A stretch of 64,000 bases of DNA from a virus (taxonomy: Duplodnaviria > Caudoviricetes): positions 192,001 to 256,000 of the IMG/VR virus record IMGVR_UViG_3300031555_004728. One strand, given 5' to 3'. The position numbers and the translations under genes were made by a program. The notes beneath the pieces were generated by a model that worked only from the letters and a program-made list of their open reading frames with translations, was not told the origin of the DNA and did no database searches. Of the stretch, positions 18,144 to 28,367 are shown piece by piece. How positions within the stretch are numbered: the stretch's first letter is position 1; the number at the start of each line of letters is the position of its first letter.

Positions 18144-20897
18144 TTACATAGATTTTCTATCAGCTATTTCAGCCATTTTTGCAGCATTGAGTCTAGTATC
18201 GCCATGAACTCTTGAATATGATAAATATCCATTCATTCGTTCTATGGAAAGTATATGTTTAGAACCACATTTTGGACATACATCCATAGCAACACCTTCT
18301 TTACCACAATCTTCACAATAACAAAGAGTAAAATTAACACCTTCATACAATCCCATTTTCATAGCACGCCTTACGAAAGCTCTAATTGCATCTTTGTTAT
18401 AGTTAATTCCATATTTTACATATTGAATTCTTCCACCAGCACTTAAATTCCAGAATCTATATTCTTTATCTTGTTTTTCAATTCCATCCATTTCTTCACT
18501 TACATGACAATGGAATGAATTACTTACATATTCTCTATCAGAAACATTTTCCACAATACCATATTTTTGTCTAAATTGAGTAACTTGTGTTCCACATAAA
18601 CTTTCTGCTGGAGTTCCATAAATCGCATAAAGAATACCATCTTCTTTTTTAAACTCATTAATTTTATCGTTAATGTGTTGCATAACTTGTAATGGAAATT
18701 CTCCATCTTCACGAATAGATTTTCCATTATGTAATTGATTAAGTTCATTAAGCGCAGTAAATCCATAACTTGCTGTAGCGTATTTTAATAAAGGTTTAAT
18801 TTTTTCAGATGGATCTAAGAAACCATTATGAAAGCCACCTTGACAAAATGCTACAGGATTAGTACTTGCTTTAATATTAGATAAATATTCATATGTCATA
18901 ATATGAACTTCTCTAATTAATTGGAGATATTCATCTAAAACTTCATAGAAGTCTCTGTCTTCTTGTTTAGCTTTAGCATAAATCATTGGTAAGTGAAGTG
19001 ATACTACACCAATATTAAATCTTCCAGTGAAGAATGGTTTATCATTCTCATCTGCAGGATACATTCCACCACGTTCATAATATGGTGAAAGAAAAGCTCT
19101 ACAGTTATGAGAATCAAGTTCATTAACCATAAATCTGTCTGATTCTGTAGTGAAGTCATAACTGAATTTTCTTTGATGGAAAATTTCAATTTTTTCTACT
19201 TCAAATTCAGTATACATTTTGTAATCTGTAATACCAACTATTTTATCTCCTACTTGTATATTTTGTGCTTCAGTTCTTCCTTTTCCAATTATTGGAAGTG
19301 GATGATCAAAAGTACACATAAGTGATCTTTCTCTCGAACTGAAGTATTTTGTATCTTTAAAAGTGATTTTAATCCATTCATCAGTAACATTTCTGATTAC
19401 TCTATGAACTTTAACAAATTCATTTTTATTGATATCATATGTATAAAGATTAATAGGATCTGCATAAAAATCCCATTCTCTTCCTTCTTGTAATTTTACA
19501 CCAAACTTGGTAGGAATATTTCCAAGTTCGATTTCTTCCCAAAGATCTTCAAATGTATAATTAATATATTTATTATCATTATCATCTTCAGGTTTATTTT
19601 CTTTAATTCTGATTCTAGCAGAACCATCAACACAGCCCATAGGTGCAATAATTTCACCGTATTTATGCCACATTTCTGCTACAGTTGTATCTCCATCAAG
19701 AGATAAATAATCAGGATACATAGCTTTTGATGAGCAATCTAATGCTTCTTCAAAAAGCCATTCCAATTCTTTTCCCGGTCCATGTAAATCCTCAGTATAT
19801 GTAAATACTAATTTAGGGAAAAGAACTGATTTCTTTTTACCTGGTGCTCCTTGCCCTTCTTTTCTAACTTTAAGACAAATAGATGCTGCTAAACTAGCAA
19901 ACTTATCTGTTGAAACACCGATTGTGAATGTAGTAAATGGATAATCTCCTCTACTACTTGCTACAGTATTAAGTTTAATTTCAAGACCTTGGAAACCTTG
20001 TTCCATATCTCTTATAACTTTTGCCATTGCTTCATCTTCTGCTTCTTTAAATAATAGTGCTTTCATTTCATCTGTAATTTCAACACCTATAGTACTTAGA
20101 GCAGATAATAATGAATTAAGTTTTGATTCATAAATACCACTTTTATATTTATCAAAACTTAATTTAGCATATTTGGATACTAACTCATCAATACGTGGAA
20201 CTGTAAAACCACCGTATTGCTGACTTGCTGCGGATAAAATAATATCACCGATAACGTCAAATGTCGTATCGAGTGATTTTGGTTCATTATACCAGAGATT
20301 ACCCATCTCAAATCCACCAGTTAAAACAGTTTTAACATCAAAAAGACAACAGTTGATACCGTCTCTTCGAGAACTCATATCATGAATGTAAATATATCCA
20401 TCTCTACATGCCTGTAACATCTTTTTATTTAACTGGAATTTTTGGTATAATTCTTTGTTAAGTTGTCCAAAAATAAGACTACGTTTAGTAGATACTAACG
20501 TAGAATCTGAATTTGCATTTTCTTTATCACCGATATACATAATAGCTTGTGCTTTTTTATAGATAGAATCTATCATTGCGACAAATGAGGTTTTGTAATC
20601 ACGATAGTCTCTATAACTTTTTGCTACTTCAGGTGCAATTTCTTCTAACACTTTTTCTACTATATTATGCATCATTGGTACGGTTATATATCCATTACCA
20701 TCTTCTTCTTTTACCCAGTATTCTTTATTATGAATACTTTCATTTGCAAATTCTTTAATACGTCTAATTTCTTCATCAGAGAATTTATAAAGAACTCTGA
20801 ATGCAGATTTTTTAACAGCATTAATGATCTTATCTACATTAAAAGGCTGTATCGTATTATCCTTTTTAATAATATAAATCATATCATAAACCTCCAA
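18144..20897 (-). CDS. nrdD: anaerobic ribonucleoside-triphosphate reductase with ATP cone and intein
   Basis: N-terminal ATP cone; YIHDM, NCCLFD, PMG|CRAFL, YGTPAESLC, CxxC...CxxC and glycyl-radical RMNGYL motifs. Confidence 0.95.
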   Translation of the reverse strand: MEVYDMIYIIKKDNTIQPFNVDKIINAVKKSAFRVLYKFSDEEIRRIKEFANESIHNKEYWVKEEDGNGYITVPMMHNIVEKVLEEIAPEVAKSYRDYRDYKTSFVAMIDSIYKKAQAIMYIGDKENANSDSTLVSTKRSLIFGQLNKELYQKFQLNKKMLQACRDGYIYIHDMSSRRDGINCCLFDVKTVLTGGFEMGNLWYNEPKSLDTTFDVIGDIILSAASQQYGGFTVPRIDELVSKYAKLSFDKYKSGIYESKLNSLLSALSTIGVEITDEMKALLFKEAEDEAMAKVIRDMEQGFQGLEIKLNTVASSRGDYPFTTFTIGVSTDKFASLAASICLKVRKEGQGAPGKKKSVLFPKLVFTYTEDLHGPGKELEWLFEEALDCSSKAMYPDYLSLDGDTTVAEMWHKYGEIIAPMGCVDGSARIRIKENKPEDDNDNKYINYTFEDLWEEIELGNIPTKFGVKLQEGREWDFYADPINLYTYDINKNEFVKVHRVIRNVTDEWIKITFKDTKYFSSRERSLMCTFDHPLPIIGKGRTEAQNIQVGDKIVGITDYKMYTEFEVEKIEIFHQRKFSYDFTTESDRFMVNELDSHNCRAFLSPYYERGGMYPADENDKPFFTGRFNIGVVSLHLPMIYAKAKQEDRDFYEVLDEYLQLIREVHIMTYEYLSNIKASTNPVAFCQGGFHNGFLDPSEKIKPLLKYATASYGFTALNELNQLHNGKSIREDGEFPLQVMQHINDKINEFKKEDGILYAIYGTPAESLCGTQVTQFRQKYGIVENVSDREYVSNSFHCHVSEEMDGIEKQDKEYRFWNLSAGGRIQYVKYGINYNKDAIRAFVRRAMKMGLYEGVNFTLCYCEDCGKEGVAMDVCPKCGSKHILSIERMNGYLSYSRVHGDTRLNAAKMAEIADRKSM
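19104..19634 (-). mobile_element. mini-intein (177 aa) in NrdD
   Basis: Starts CVDGSARI, block B CTFDHPL, ends YDFTTESDRFMVNELDSHN before C(+1) of CRAFL; no LAGLIDADG motif. Confidence 0.9.
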
Positions 20898-20956
20898 TTA
20901 ATATGAATTAAAAGAATGTTTTTTGGTGTATGAAATGGTAAAATATAAATTACTGA

Positions 20957-21038
20957 GAACCAATTTTGTTAAGTTAAATTTCTCTATTTCTCGATAATTT
21001 ACGAAGAATACAGAAAACTTACTTAACAAAACTGCAAC
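20957..21038 (+). repeat. 82-bp palindromic cassette-leader repeat, copy 4
   Basis: Same length and arms as copy 1. Confidence 0.95.
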
Positions 21039-21329
21039 CAGCAAGATCTTGAAACTTATATATCATCATCCACAATGCCATATGTATTTATAACATGTAG
21101 AGAAACTGATTCTACTGAAGTTGTAGATATCTTAAATTGTATACTTGATGAATTACCTAATGATATTTTATTTGGTATTAGGTTAGAAGGTCATAATATT
21201 CCAAGACAGTTTGGATCAGGGTATTTATATGATAATAGTAATTATGGTTCACTAATATTATCTACATGGGATGCACCTGCATTTTTTAGAATTTATAATA
21301 AAGAAATAACAAGAATAGTTTTAACCTAG
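21027..21329 (+). CDS. cassette 4 (putative fibre-tip domain)
   Basis: QNCNQQDLETYISSSTMPY...GSGYLYDNSNYGSLILS...; in frame with the repeat; resembles cassette 5. Confidence 0.55.
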   Translation, partial: QNCNQQDLETYISSSTMPYVFITCRETDSTEVVDILNCILDELPNDILFGIRLEGHNIPRQFGSGYLYDNSNYGSLILSTWDAPAFFRIYNKEITRIVLT

Positions 21330-21356
21330 TTTTGTTTGAACTATAAATGGATAGTG

Positions 21357-21438
21357 GAACCAATTTTGTTAAGTTAACTTTCTCTATCTTTCGATAATTT
21401 CCTTTGATTACAGAAATCTTACTTAACAAAACTGCAAC
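21357..21438 (+). repeat. 82-bp palindromic cassette-leader repeat, copy 5
   Basis: Tandem after cassette 4. Confidence 0.95.
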
Positions 21439-21726
21439 CAGCAAGAAATTATAAATTGTATAGAATCCAATCATATATGGCTTTCCGATAATACTGGTGA
21501 AGATATTACAACATCTGTATATAATTTAGCAACATTTTTCCCAATTAATACATCATTCTGTTGCATACTTCAAACACCATCTGGTATTTGGAATGGTACA
21601 GGTTTTGTATATAAAGGAGCTGAAAATCAATTAAATGGGACATTCATATTATCAAGTGTTGCAGGTATATGTACTGTAAGAATATTAAATGGATATGCAC
21701 TAGGACAAATGTTATATACATTTTAA
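21427..21726 (+). CDS. cassette 5, no 5' start codon (putative fibre-tip domain); missed by the ORF track
   Basis: 99 open codons QNCNQQEIINCIESNHIWL...GTGFVYKGAENQLNGTFILSS...MLYTF*; only ATG is 5 codons before the stop. Confidence 0.65.
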   Translation, partial: QNCNQQEIINCIESNHIWLSDNTGEDITTSVYNLATFFPINTSFCCILQTPSGIWNGTGFVYKGAENQLNGTFILSSVAGICTVRILNGYALGQMLYTF

Positions 21727-21763
21727 AAATAGAGAAGATGGAATTTCCATCTTCTCTATTTAA

Positions 21764-22792
21764 TTATCTAAGATCATTAATAACTACAGCTGGATCATCT
21801 TCTTCAACTACCAAGTAATTATTACCACCACGTGATACTTCAGCAATTTCTCCACCATTAATAGTAAGAGTACATTTCTTGAATGTACCACTAGCATCAG
21901 TACTTGTGTTAGGTTTTTCAGGAGAACCAGCAAATGGAATTTCTCCACCAGCAAATAACTTATTAATAGTTCCTCCATTAATTACCATATCGATAGTATT
22001 CATTGTACCACGATTGATACCTTGAAGAATATTAATATTACCACCATTAACAACCAAAACACCCGTTCCTTCGTGACCATTAGAACCTCCTACTGTAACA
22101 TATGTTTCTGCAACAAAATCACCATCGATAATCATTGATAATGATTTAGCATATGAATATCCGTTTCCACCACCGTAAACAAGATTTTCACAAGTTCCAC
22201 CTGTAAGTTCCATTGTAATGTCTTCTACAATATTCCATGTATTATCAATATCACCATCATATTTAACTGATGAGCATGTACATGTATTAATCCATCTATC
22301 TGCTCCACCACCACGAATATTTCTACATTTACCACCTGTCATTTTAACAACAGCTTTTACAGTGTGTGATTTATGAAGACCACCACCAAATACGTGTTTA
22401 ACATATCCACCTTCAATAGTTACACTTGTATTTGTAAGTGTTTCATCATCATGTCTTCCACCAAATAAATTAAGTGTTGGTCCTGCAAGAATTTCTCCAC
22501 CATCCCATGTAATAAGGCAACCTTCTTCTCCATCAGGTCTTTCCTTTACAACAACTGGTGTACCATTAGCAAAGAAGAATTCTTCACCTTCAAGAATAAT
22601 AAGTTCTGTACTAGGTTCATCAACTTTAGCAGAAACTGAATTAATGAATGTCTCATTAACCATAGTTCTTACAATCTCTTCTACATCGGCTGTTGTAGCG
22701 ATAGGAGCATTGTTTGCTTTTTCTTGTTGCTCTCTGATCTCTTTACATGTTTCACCGATGAAACCAAGTAAGGTTTTATTTTTAGTAGACAT
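21764..22792 (-). CDS. glycine-rich repeat (beta-helix-like) putative structural protein
   Basis: Repeated [VI]xGG..[VL][FY]GGG units; late-type promoter at 22822-22833. Confidence 0.55.
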   Translation of the reverse strand: MSTKNKTLLGFIGETCKEIREQQEKANNAPIATTADVEEIVRTMVNETFINSVSAKVDEPSTELIILEGEEFFFANGTPVVVKERPDGEEGCLITWDGGEILAGPTLNLFGGRHDDETLTNTSVTIEGGYVKHVFGGGLHKSHTVKAVVKMTGGKCRNIRGGGADRWINTCTCSSVKYDGDIDNTWNIVEDITMELTGGTCENLVYGGGNGYSYAKSLSMIIDGDFVAETYVTVGGSNGHEGTGVLVVNGGNINILQGINRGTMNTIDMVINGGTINKLFAGGEIPFAGSPEKPNTSTDASGTFKKCTLTINGGEIAEVSRGGNNYLVVEEDDPAVVINDLR

Positions 22793-22887
22793 AATAGCTA
22801 CCTTCCTTTCTTTTATAATATTAATAAACTGTTTTTAAGTCCATTTTTTAGACATTATTTTAAATTATTATTAGGAGGAAATTTAAG

Positions 22888-23133
22888 ATGTTTTCTGTTG
22901 AGAAATTAAATGAAATTAAATCTGAACTTGCAACTGTTTTAGAATCTGCTGAAAAAGAAGAAAAAGATCCGGTTGCTGAATTAGAGCAAAAAATAGAAGA
23001 TATTAAGAAAAAAGAAACTAGAGGTTTTATTTCAAAAGAAGAAGCTGAAGAAGGAATTTCAGATCTTCAAAAGAAATTAAAAGAAATCAAAAAAGAACTT
23101 TCTGAAAAGAAAGAAGATAAAAAAGAAGATTAA
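22888..23133 (+). CDS. small charged protein
   Basis: AGGAGG RBS; RGFISKEEAE resembles the shared C-terminal motif family. Confidence 0.65.
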   Translation: MFSVEKLNEIKSELATVLESAEKEEKDPVAELEQKIEDIKKKETRGFISKEEAEEGISDLQKKLKEIKKELSEKKEDKKED

Positions 23134-23171
23134 AATAATCCTAGACTGAAAAATCAGTCTAGGATTTCTTT

Positions 23172-23750
23172 TTACAGAAGAATTGCTAATGCTTTAACAT
23201 ACTTATCTTTAAGAGAATCTGTTAAAGTATCATACAATTCAAAATGATGTTTGATGTCTGCAAGTTTAACAAACCATGCTGCTGAATATTGAGGTTTATT
23301 ATCTTTTATCATCTCAATATATGTATTGTATGGTTTTACAACTTTTGATTTTACTGGTTGATTGTCTTCATAATCGATATTTCTTGATACTAATTCAATA
23401 CATGATATGATGTAATCTTCAATAACTGTATTGTGGATTTCAGATAAAATATTTCTTAAATCCTCAAGTGTTACATCAGTATCTTCAATTAAATCATGTG
23501 AAATACCAACTATTTCAATTATGATTTCATCTTGGATTTCTAAAGCCATTCCTAACGTTCTTAACATTTCAGATGAATATTCAGCAACCTTTACAGCATG
23601 TTCATATGTAGCATCATCATACTTAACAAGTGCAAGTTCTTTTATTTTTGCATTTACTGTTAATAATCTTCTTGTTTCATCTGGTAAAATTCTATCCCAG
23701 ATAAAATTCATATTTCTTGCATGATCAACTATCATTATTTTGTCCTCCAA
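23172..23750 (-). CDS. HD-domain hydrolase, Mesh1/SpoT (p)ppGpp-hydrolase-like
   Basis: [22 protein letters not shown]. Confidence 0.7.
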   Translation of the reverse strand: MEDKIMIVDHARNMNFIWDRILPDETRRLLTVNAKIKELALVKYDDATYEHAVKVAEYSSEMLRTLGMALEIQDEIIIEIVGISHDLIEDTDVTLEDLRNILSEIHNTVIEDYIISCIELVSRNIDYEDNQPVKSKVVKPYNTYIEMIKDNKPQYSAAWFVKLADIKHHFELYDTLTDSLKDKYVKALAILL

Positions 23751-23953
23751 GTGATACGTCCTTTTGTTAAATCATATGGTGATATTTCAACAGTAACTTT
23801 ATCACCTGGTAAGATTTTGATAAAATTCGTTCTTAGTTTTCCACTTATGTGTGCTAATACTTCATGGTCATTTTCAAGTTTAACCTTAAACATAGCACCT
23901 GGTAACTTTTCAGTTACAACACCTTCCAATTCAATAAAATCTTCTTTTGACAT
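23735..23953 (-). CDS. infA: translation initiation factor IF-1
   Basis: [41 protein letters not shown]...[13 protein letters not shown] is canonical IF-1. Confidence 0.97.
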   Translation of the reverse strand: MSKEDFIELEGVVTEKLPGAMFKVKLENDHEVLAHISGKLRTNFIKILPGDKVTVEISPYDLTKGRITWRTK

Positions 23954-23969
23954 TACATTTTCTCCTTCT

Positions 23970-24461
23970 TTATTTATATTGAGTATTCATTATATTATGT
24001 GCAATTATTTGCATATCTATTTTTTGATATTCTCCATTAAAGTCTGTTGCTAAACCTACCATACGTTTAGCAATACCTTCAATCAAATACTTTTCAGCAA
24101 TTTCTCTACTGGTATCTACAATTTTATGTGCAACTTGATCTGCAGATTTTTGATACTCATCAGTTTCAAGCAATGCTGCAACTTTATCATTTAGTACCTT
24201 ATATACATTATCCGAAACTATCTTTCTAAAAGATGTCATCTTTTCATATGTATAAGTACTTGTATTAGGTATTGATGCATCATTAAATGTGTTAAATACC
24301 ATTCTTATCATAGAATCTATTTCATTCTCATTTAAGTATCTTTCTAGTACATCATCTGTTAAAATATCTTTTACTTTTTCACGGATGACTTCTTTTGTAG
24401 TCTCTTTAATAATTTCATCCATGTTTGAATTTTCATTAGTTGTTTTCATATTTTCTGACAT
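23970..24461 (-). CDS. hypothetical protein
   Basis: ORF with AAGGAG RBS. Confidence 0.7.
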   Translation of the reverse strand: MSENMKTTNENSNMDEIIKETTKEVIREKVKDILTDDVLERYLNENEIDSMIRMVFNTFNDASIPNTSTYTYEKMTSFRKIVSDNVYKVLNDKVAALLETDEYQKSADQVAHKIVDTSREIAEKYLIEGIAKRMVGLATDFNGEYQKIDMQIIAHNIMNTQYK

Positions 24462-24488
24462 AGTTTAAATCTCCTTTATTTTATATTC

Positions 24489-25316
24489 TTAAAAATAATA
24501 TATCTTTGAAAAAATATCAAAATATGAATAATCAATATGGAAAATTGCATAATATAATTTAACACTTCCATTATCTTCAAATTCATCTGACATAAATTCT
24601 ATATATGGTTTATCTTTTTCTGTATAGAATGGAAATAACTGTATATTACCTTCTATTTCTGGAAAGTCTTTATATTTAATACTGAATTTCTTTTTCATGT
24701 TAATTATATCTGGTTCTTCTTCATCATTAATAAATAATGAAATAAATAATTCAATATTATTCTTAATGAGTTCTAACTCATCATTCATCTTTGAGACTAA
24801 AGAATTTGTTTTTTCTTCATCACAAACTTCAATGACACCTAATTCTTTAGCCCTTGATAAGATAATATCTTTATCTTCAAGATTTTCTTCAACGAGACTT
24901 TTTAACTCCGATATATCTCGGATAAAAATGAGTTCGTTAGTTTCATTTTTAAATAAAATCTCTTTCATACATTCTTCAAATTCATCTTTTATTTTAATAA
25001 TGAATTTCCCTTTTAATGATTCCTGAGAGATAACTCCAGGAATGGAATATATACCATTGTAAATATATAGATCTTTTCTATATACTTTATTAAGTTTTAT
25101 TAGAAGACTTTTTAAATCTTTGGTAAGTCGTGTTTTTTCTTTTTTAAACTCTCTTAAAGCTTTAGCTTCATCCATAAGTCTTCTTTTTAATTCTTTTAAA
25201 CTTTTTAAATCATGCTCTTGATTATAGATTTCATCAAAATTTTCATAACCAAGAGCAGTCATTCTTTTTTCTATATCTTTTATTAAGTCTATTCTTGTAT
25301 CTACCATTCGAATCAC
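24489..25316 (-). CDS. hypothetical protein
   Basis: ORF in operon downstream of the polymerase gene. Confidence 0.7.
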   Translation of the reverse strand: MIRMVDTRIDLIKDIEKRMTALGYENFDEIYNQEHDLKSLKELKRRLMDEAKALREFKKEKTRLTKDLKSLLIKLNKVYRKDLYIYNGIYSIPGVISQESLKGKFIIKIKDEFEECMKEILFKNETNELIFIRDISELKSLVEENLEDKDIILSRAKELGVIEVCDEEKTNSLVSKMNDELELIKNNIELFISLFINDEEEPDIINMKKKFSIKYKDFPEIEGNIQLFPFYTEKDKPYIEFMSDEFEDNGSVKLYYAIFHIDYSYFDIFSKIYYF

Positions 25317-25723
25317 CTATTATAGTTTACATATCTGACTAAGTCAAATGCTATAATTCTTAGTTTATTATCATTTTTATTTTTACTACCCAATGCTCTG
25401 AGTTTTAACTCATAGTCTTTTTCCTTAAGATCTTCAAGAATATACACATATTCTTCTTTTATAGGTTTTACTATAATTTCTTCTTCTGTGAAACTAACTA
25501 ATCTAGCTATTATAGTTTTAGCATCCACTGTCATAAAATCAAGAATATTTTTAAATTTATTATCAATTCTAAGTGGATCATATGTTATAGGAAGACCGCA
25601 ACCAAATATATTATTTGATTTATTCTGTGCTTCGTATATTTGTTCTTTTACTAAATCTATATGAATAGATTTAGTTCCTAATATAAAATCAGCTTTATCT
25701 CTTTTAAATATTATATTCTTCAT
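25313..25723 (-). CDS. hypothetical protein
   Basis: ORF abutting neighbours. Confidence 0.65.
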   Translation of the reverse strand: MKNIIFKRDKADFILGTKSIHIDLVKEQIYEAQNKSNNIFGCGLPITYDPLRIDNKFKNILDFMTVDAKTIIARLVSFTEEEIIVKPIKEEYVYILEDLKEKDYELKLRALGSKNKNDNKLRIIAFDLVRYVNYNR

Positions 25724-25725
25724 GA

Positions 25726-27609
25726 TTATACTCCTAAGTCTTTACATGCTTTCTTATATAATTTATCCAACGATGGTAAATTAAACCATTTTCTACCAGT
25801 ACATAACCAGTTTTTAGTTTGGAAATTATCAAAAGCTTCTTTAGCAACATCATCATGAAAATCTGATGTTTCTTTTGGTAATAATCTGACATTAGTTATA
25901 GTATGAACTTTTCTTGGACCACCAAGTACATTAAATTGACCTGCATCAAGAATACACTTAAAGTGTAATGTACTAGGGTCAATATTCATGGCGAATATTG
26001 TACTTGGATAGAAACTACTCATATCCATATCTATAGCATATTGGAATATATTATTTGACTTTTTACTTCCATATAAAGCCATACCAGTTGGAAGATTTAA
26101 TCTAGGATCACCTACAAGTGCACCCTCGAATCCAACTTTTTTCTTATCATCATCATCATCCTCATCTGGTTCTTCATCACTACCAAATGGTGTTAGGTTT
26201 ATATTTTCACCAGGAACCATTCCACGTGTTAAGAAATCCAAATATTGATAATTCCTAAGTTTTACAGTTTGTTTAAATTCTGAATCGTATGGTGTTATAT
26301 TTTGATATGCCGTAGCATAATAGTTTTCTAAATCTTTAGTTTTATCTTCAATACCTTTTTGAAGTAAAACGTCTTTGATGTTGTATATAAAATATTTCTT
26401 ATAATTCTTATAAGAGAAATATTTAATACTTCCTTCTTCACCATAATCTAATTTAGAATCACCCACTACTTTTTTACCTATATAATTAAGTGAGAATGAA
26501 CGTATTTCTGATTGACCTTTTCTAATAGCCGCATACGTTCTCATCTGACATGTATAATTAGTATATGATGTATTAAAAAAGTAGTCTGTTTTTGATTTAA
26601 TATCAAAATGAAAATTATCTTTTTTAAACCAGCATTCTTTAACTGGAAAATCTGGATGACAGAATAAATCCTTAGGATCTAATCCTAACTTCTGAGCACG
26701 CTTATAAATATAATTAACGTCAAATTCGAAGTTCCAGAAAGTTACAAAATCAAATTTCCTTTTATTAATTAATTCAAAAAGATGAACTAACATCTTTTTT
26801 TCATCTTTATAGAAAAAGAATTTATAATCTAAGACTCCATATACATCATCAAACATCTCATGAAGTTCTTTCTTTATATCTTCTTGATGCTCGATAAAAT
26901 CTATTTCCTGTTCAAGTCTACTTTTATGGAGTTCTCTTCTATATAATTCTTTATCTCTTTCACTTTGTGTCATATATGTTAAATCACGTTCAACATATTC
27001 ACGTCCAACCAAAGCAAATGTGTAACACTTGGATTCATCGTTATCCACAAGTGTTACTAAATCAATAGGACATGTATCTGGATTAGCCAATCCTTCAACA
27101 TCCAAAAAATCCGTCTCTATATCGGCAAATGCCTTTGATATAGGTTTAGGTCTTGAATTGTCATACATCATCATCCATTTATATCTATATAGTGCTCTTA
27201 CATCATAATCAGCACCATATACAAATGGATACATTAAAAAATTCTTAAGTTCTGAGTATCTATGAGTTTTATAGATATCAGAGGCTTGTCTTTTTAAACC
27301 ATCACCACCATCTTCAATTATGGCTGGTATAATATCTTTAAATGGTACACTTTTCTTTTCACACTTATCAAGATATTGATAGTTCAAACTGTATGGAACT
27401 CCATAAGGATCTAAATGTGTTGTCCTGTATTCTGGTTTTTCAAAGTATATGTCCACTGGTGGATTTGGTATTGTTGTAACGTGTTTTTCTTCTGTATCCA
27501 AATCTTTCCAAACGATATATAAAATATCTGGAGTTCCTTCTTTTTTGTTTTCTTTTACGTATTGGATATCTACAAGCATTGCAGAATCCTTTGGTATAAT
27601 TTTACCCAT
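25726..27609 (-). CDS. family B DNA polymerase, N-terminal part (3'-5' exonuclease plus motif A)
   Basis: ExoI ADIETD, ExoII WNFEFD, ExoIII YNIKD, motif A DMDMSSFYPS; motifs B and C absent. Confidence 0.85.
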   Translation of the reverse strand: MGKIIPKDSAMLVDIQYVKENKKEGTPDILYIVWKDLDTEEKHVTTIPNPPVDIYFEKPEYRTTHLDPYGVPYSLNYQYLDKCEKKSVPFKDIIPAIIEDGGDGLKRQASDIYKTHRYSELKNFLMYPFVYGADYDVRALYRYKWMMMYDNSRPKPISKAFADIETDFLDVEGLANPDTCPIDLVTLVDNDESKCYTFALVGREYVERDLTYMTQSERDKELYRRELHKSRLEQEIDFIEHQEDIKKELHEMFDDVYGVLDYKFFFYKDEKKMLVHLFELINKRKFDFVTFWNFEFDVNYIYKRAQKLGLDPKDLFCHPDFPVKECWFKKDNFHFDIKSKTDYFFNTSYTNYTCQMRTYAAIRKGQSEIRSFSLNYIGKKVVGDSKLDYGEEGSIKYFSYKNYKKYFIYNIKDVLLQKGIEDKTKDLENYYATAYQNITPYDSEFKQTVKLRNYQYLDFLTRGMVPGENINLTPFGSDEEPDEDDDDDKKKVGFEGALVGDPRLNLPTGMALYGSKKSNNIFQYAIDMDMSSFYPSTIFAMNIDPSTLHFKCILDAGQFNVLGGPRKVHTITNVRLLPKETSDFHDDVAKEAFDNFQTKNWLCTGRKWFNLPSLDKLYKKACKDLGV

Positions 27610-27710
27610 ATAAATACCTACTTTCTTTTAATATGAGTTTAAATTATTGTGCTTTGGTATATAAAAAAGAACTATGATGAAGAAGACAAAAATCTTCTTC
27701 ATCATATAAA

Positions 27711-28367
27711 TTAAATTGCCCAATATCCATCTACTGATATTAAACCTTCAATTTTATTAGTATTATCATATCCAGAACCACTTACTGTATAACATAATAA
27801 TGCAAATCCAGTGTCCCATAATTCTCTTATATAATAATTTTTTACAAACCACATTCCACCATGCAACGTAAACTGTGGACAGGCATTATAAATATTAAAT
27901 GGATAAAGACATGCTGTTGATGGTGTACCTGCACTATCTGATGTTGCACCATTAATACCTGATGCTACACACCATGCTTTACAATAGCCATTTTGATATT
28001 TTATATAATTCCAGTTATTTATTTTACCGCTTTCTACCATAGGATTTTCACGAGCCCACGGTTCAAATTTACGTACAACTGTAACACCATCAGAGTCATG
28101 CATTGTTAAATATGCTCTTCTATATACTCTTCCATTAATAGTTGTGAATTCTTGAAATTTATATATCCATGGAGATCCAGGTGAATTGAATGAACCGTTT
28201 CCATCATAAACCATAAGTCTACCAGCAGAAACTTGTGGGAGATTTAAACATGTTTCTGCCTCAGTATTTCCTTTTACATAATATATACCACTATCTAAAA
28301 CTGTATTAATATCAACATTTTCTAAGTATCCTTTAATAATAACAAGATTTTGAGAGTTGCAGTTTTG
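27711..28367 (-). CDS. tail-fibre tip cassette 6, no 5' start codon (pyocin-knob-like plus gp53-like domains)
   Basis: QNCNSQ...DINTVLDSGIYY...NLP..SAGRLMV...QEF...VYRR, then ESG...WNYIKYQNGYCKAW...VDGYW. Confidence 0.75.
   Translation of the reverse strand, partial: QNCNSQNLVIIKGYLENVDINTVLDSGIYYVKGNTEAETCLNLPQVSAGRLMVYDGNGSFNSPGSPWIYKFQEFTTINGRVYRRAYLTMHDSDGVTVVRKFEPWARENPMVESGKINNWNYIKYQNGYCKAWCVASGINGATSDSAGTPSTACLYPFNIYNACPQFTLHGGMWFVKNYYIRELWDTGFALLCYTVSGSGYDNTNKIEGLISVDGYWAI

Noticed and set aside
1417-28367. Diversity-generating retroelement
   Set aside because: No reverse transcriptase in the window and no TR/VR pair differing only at adenines; the cassettes are different domains.
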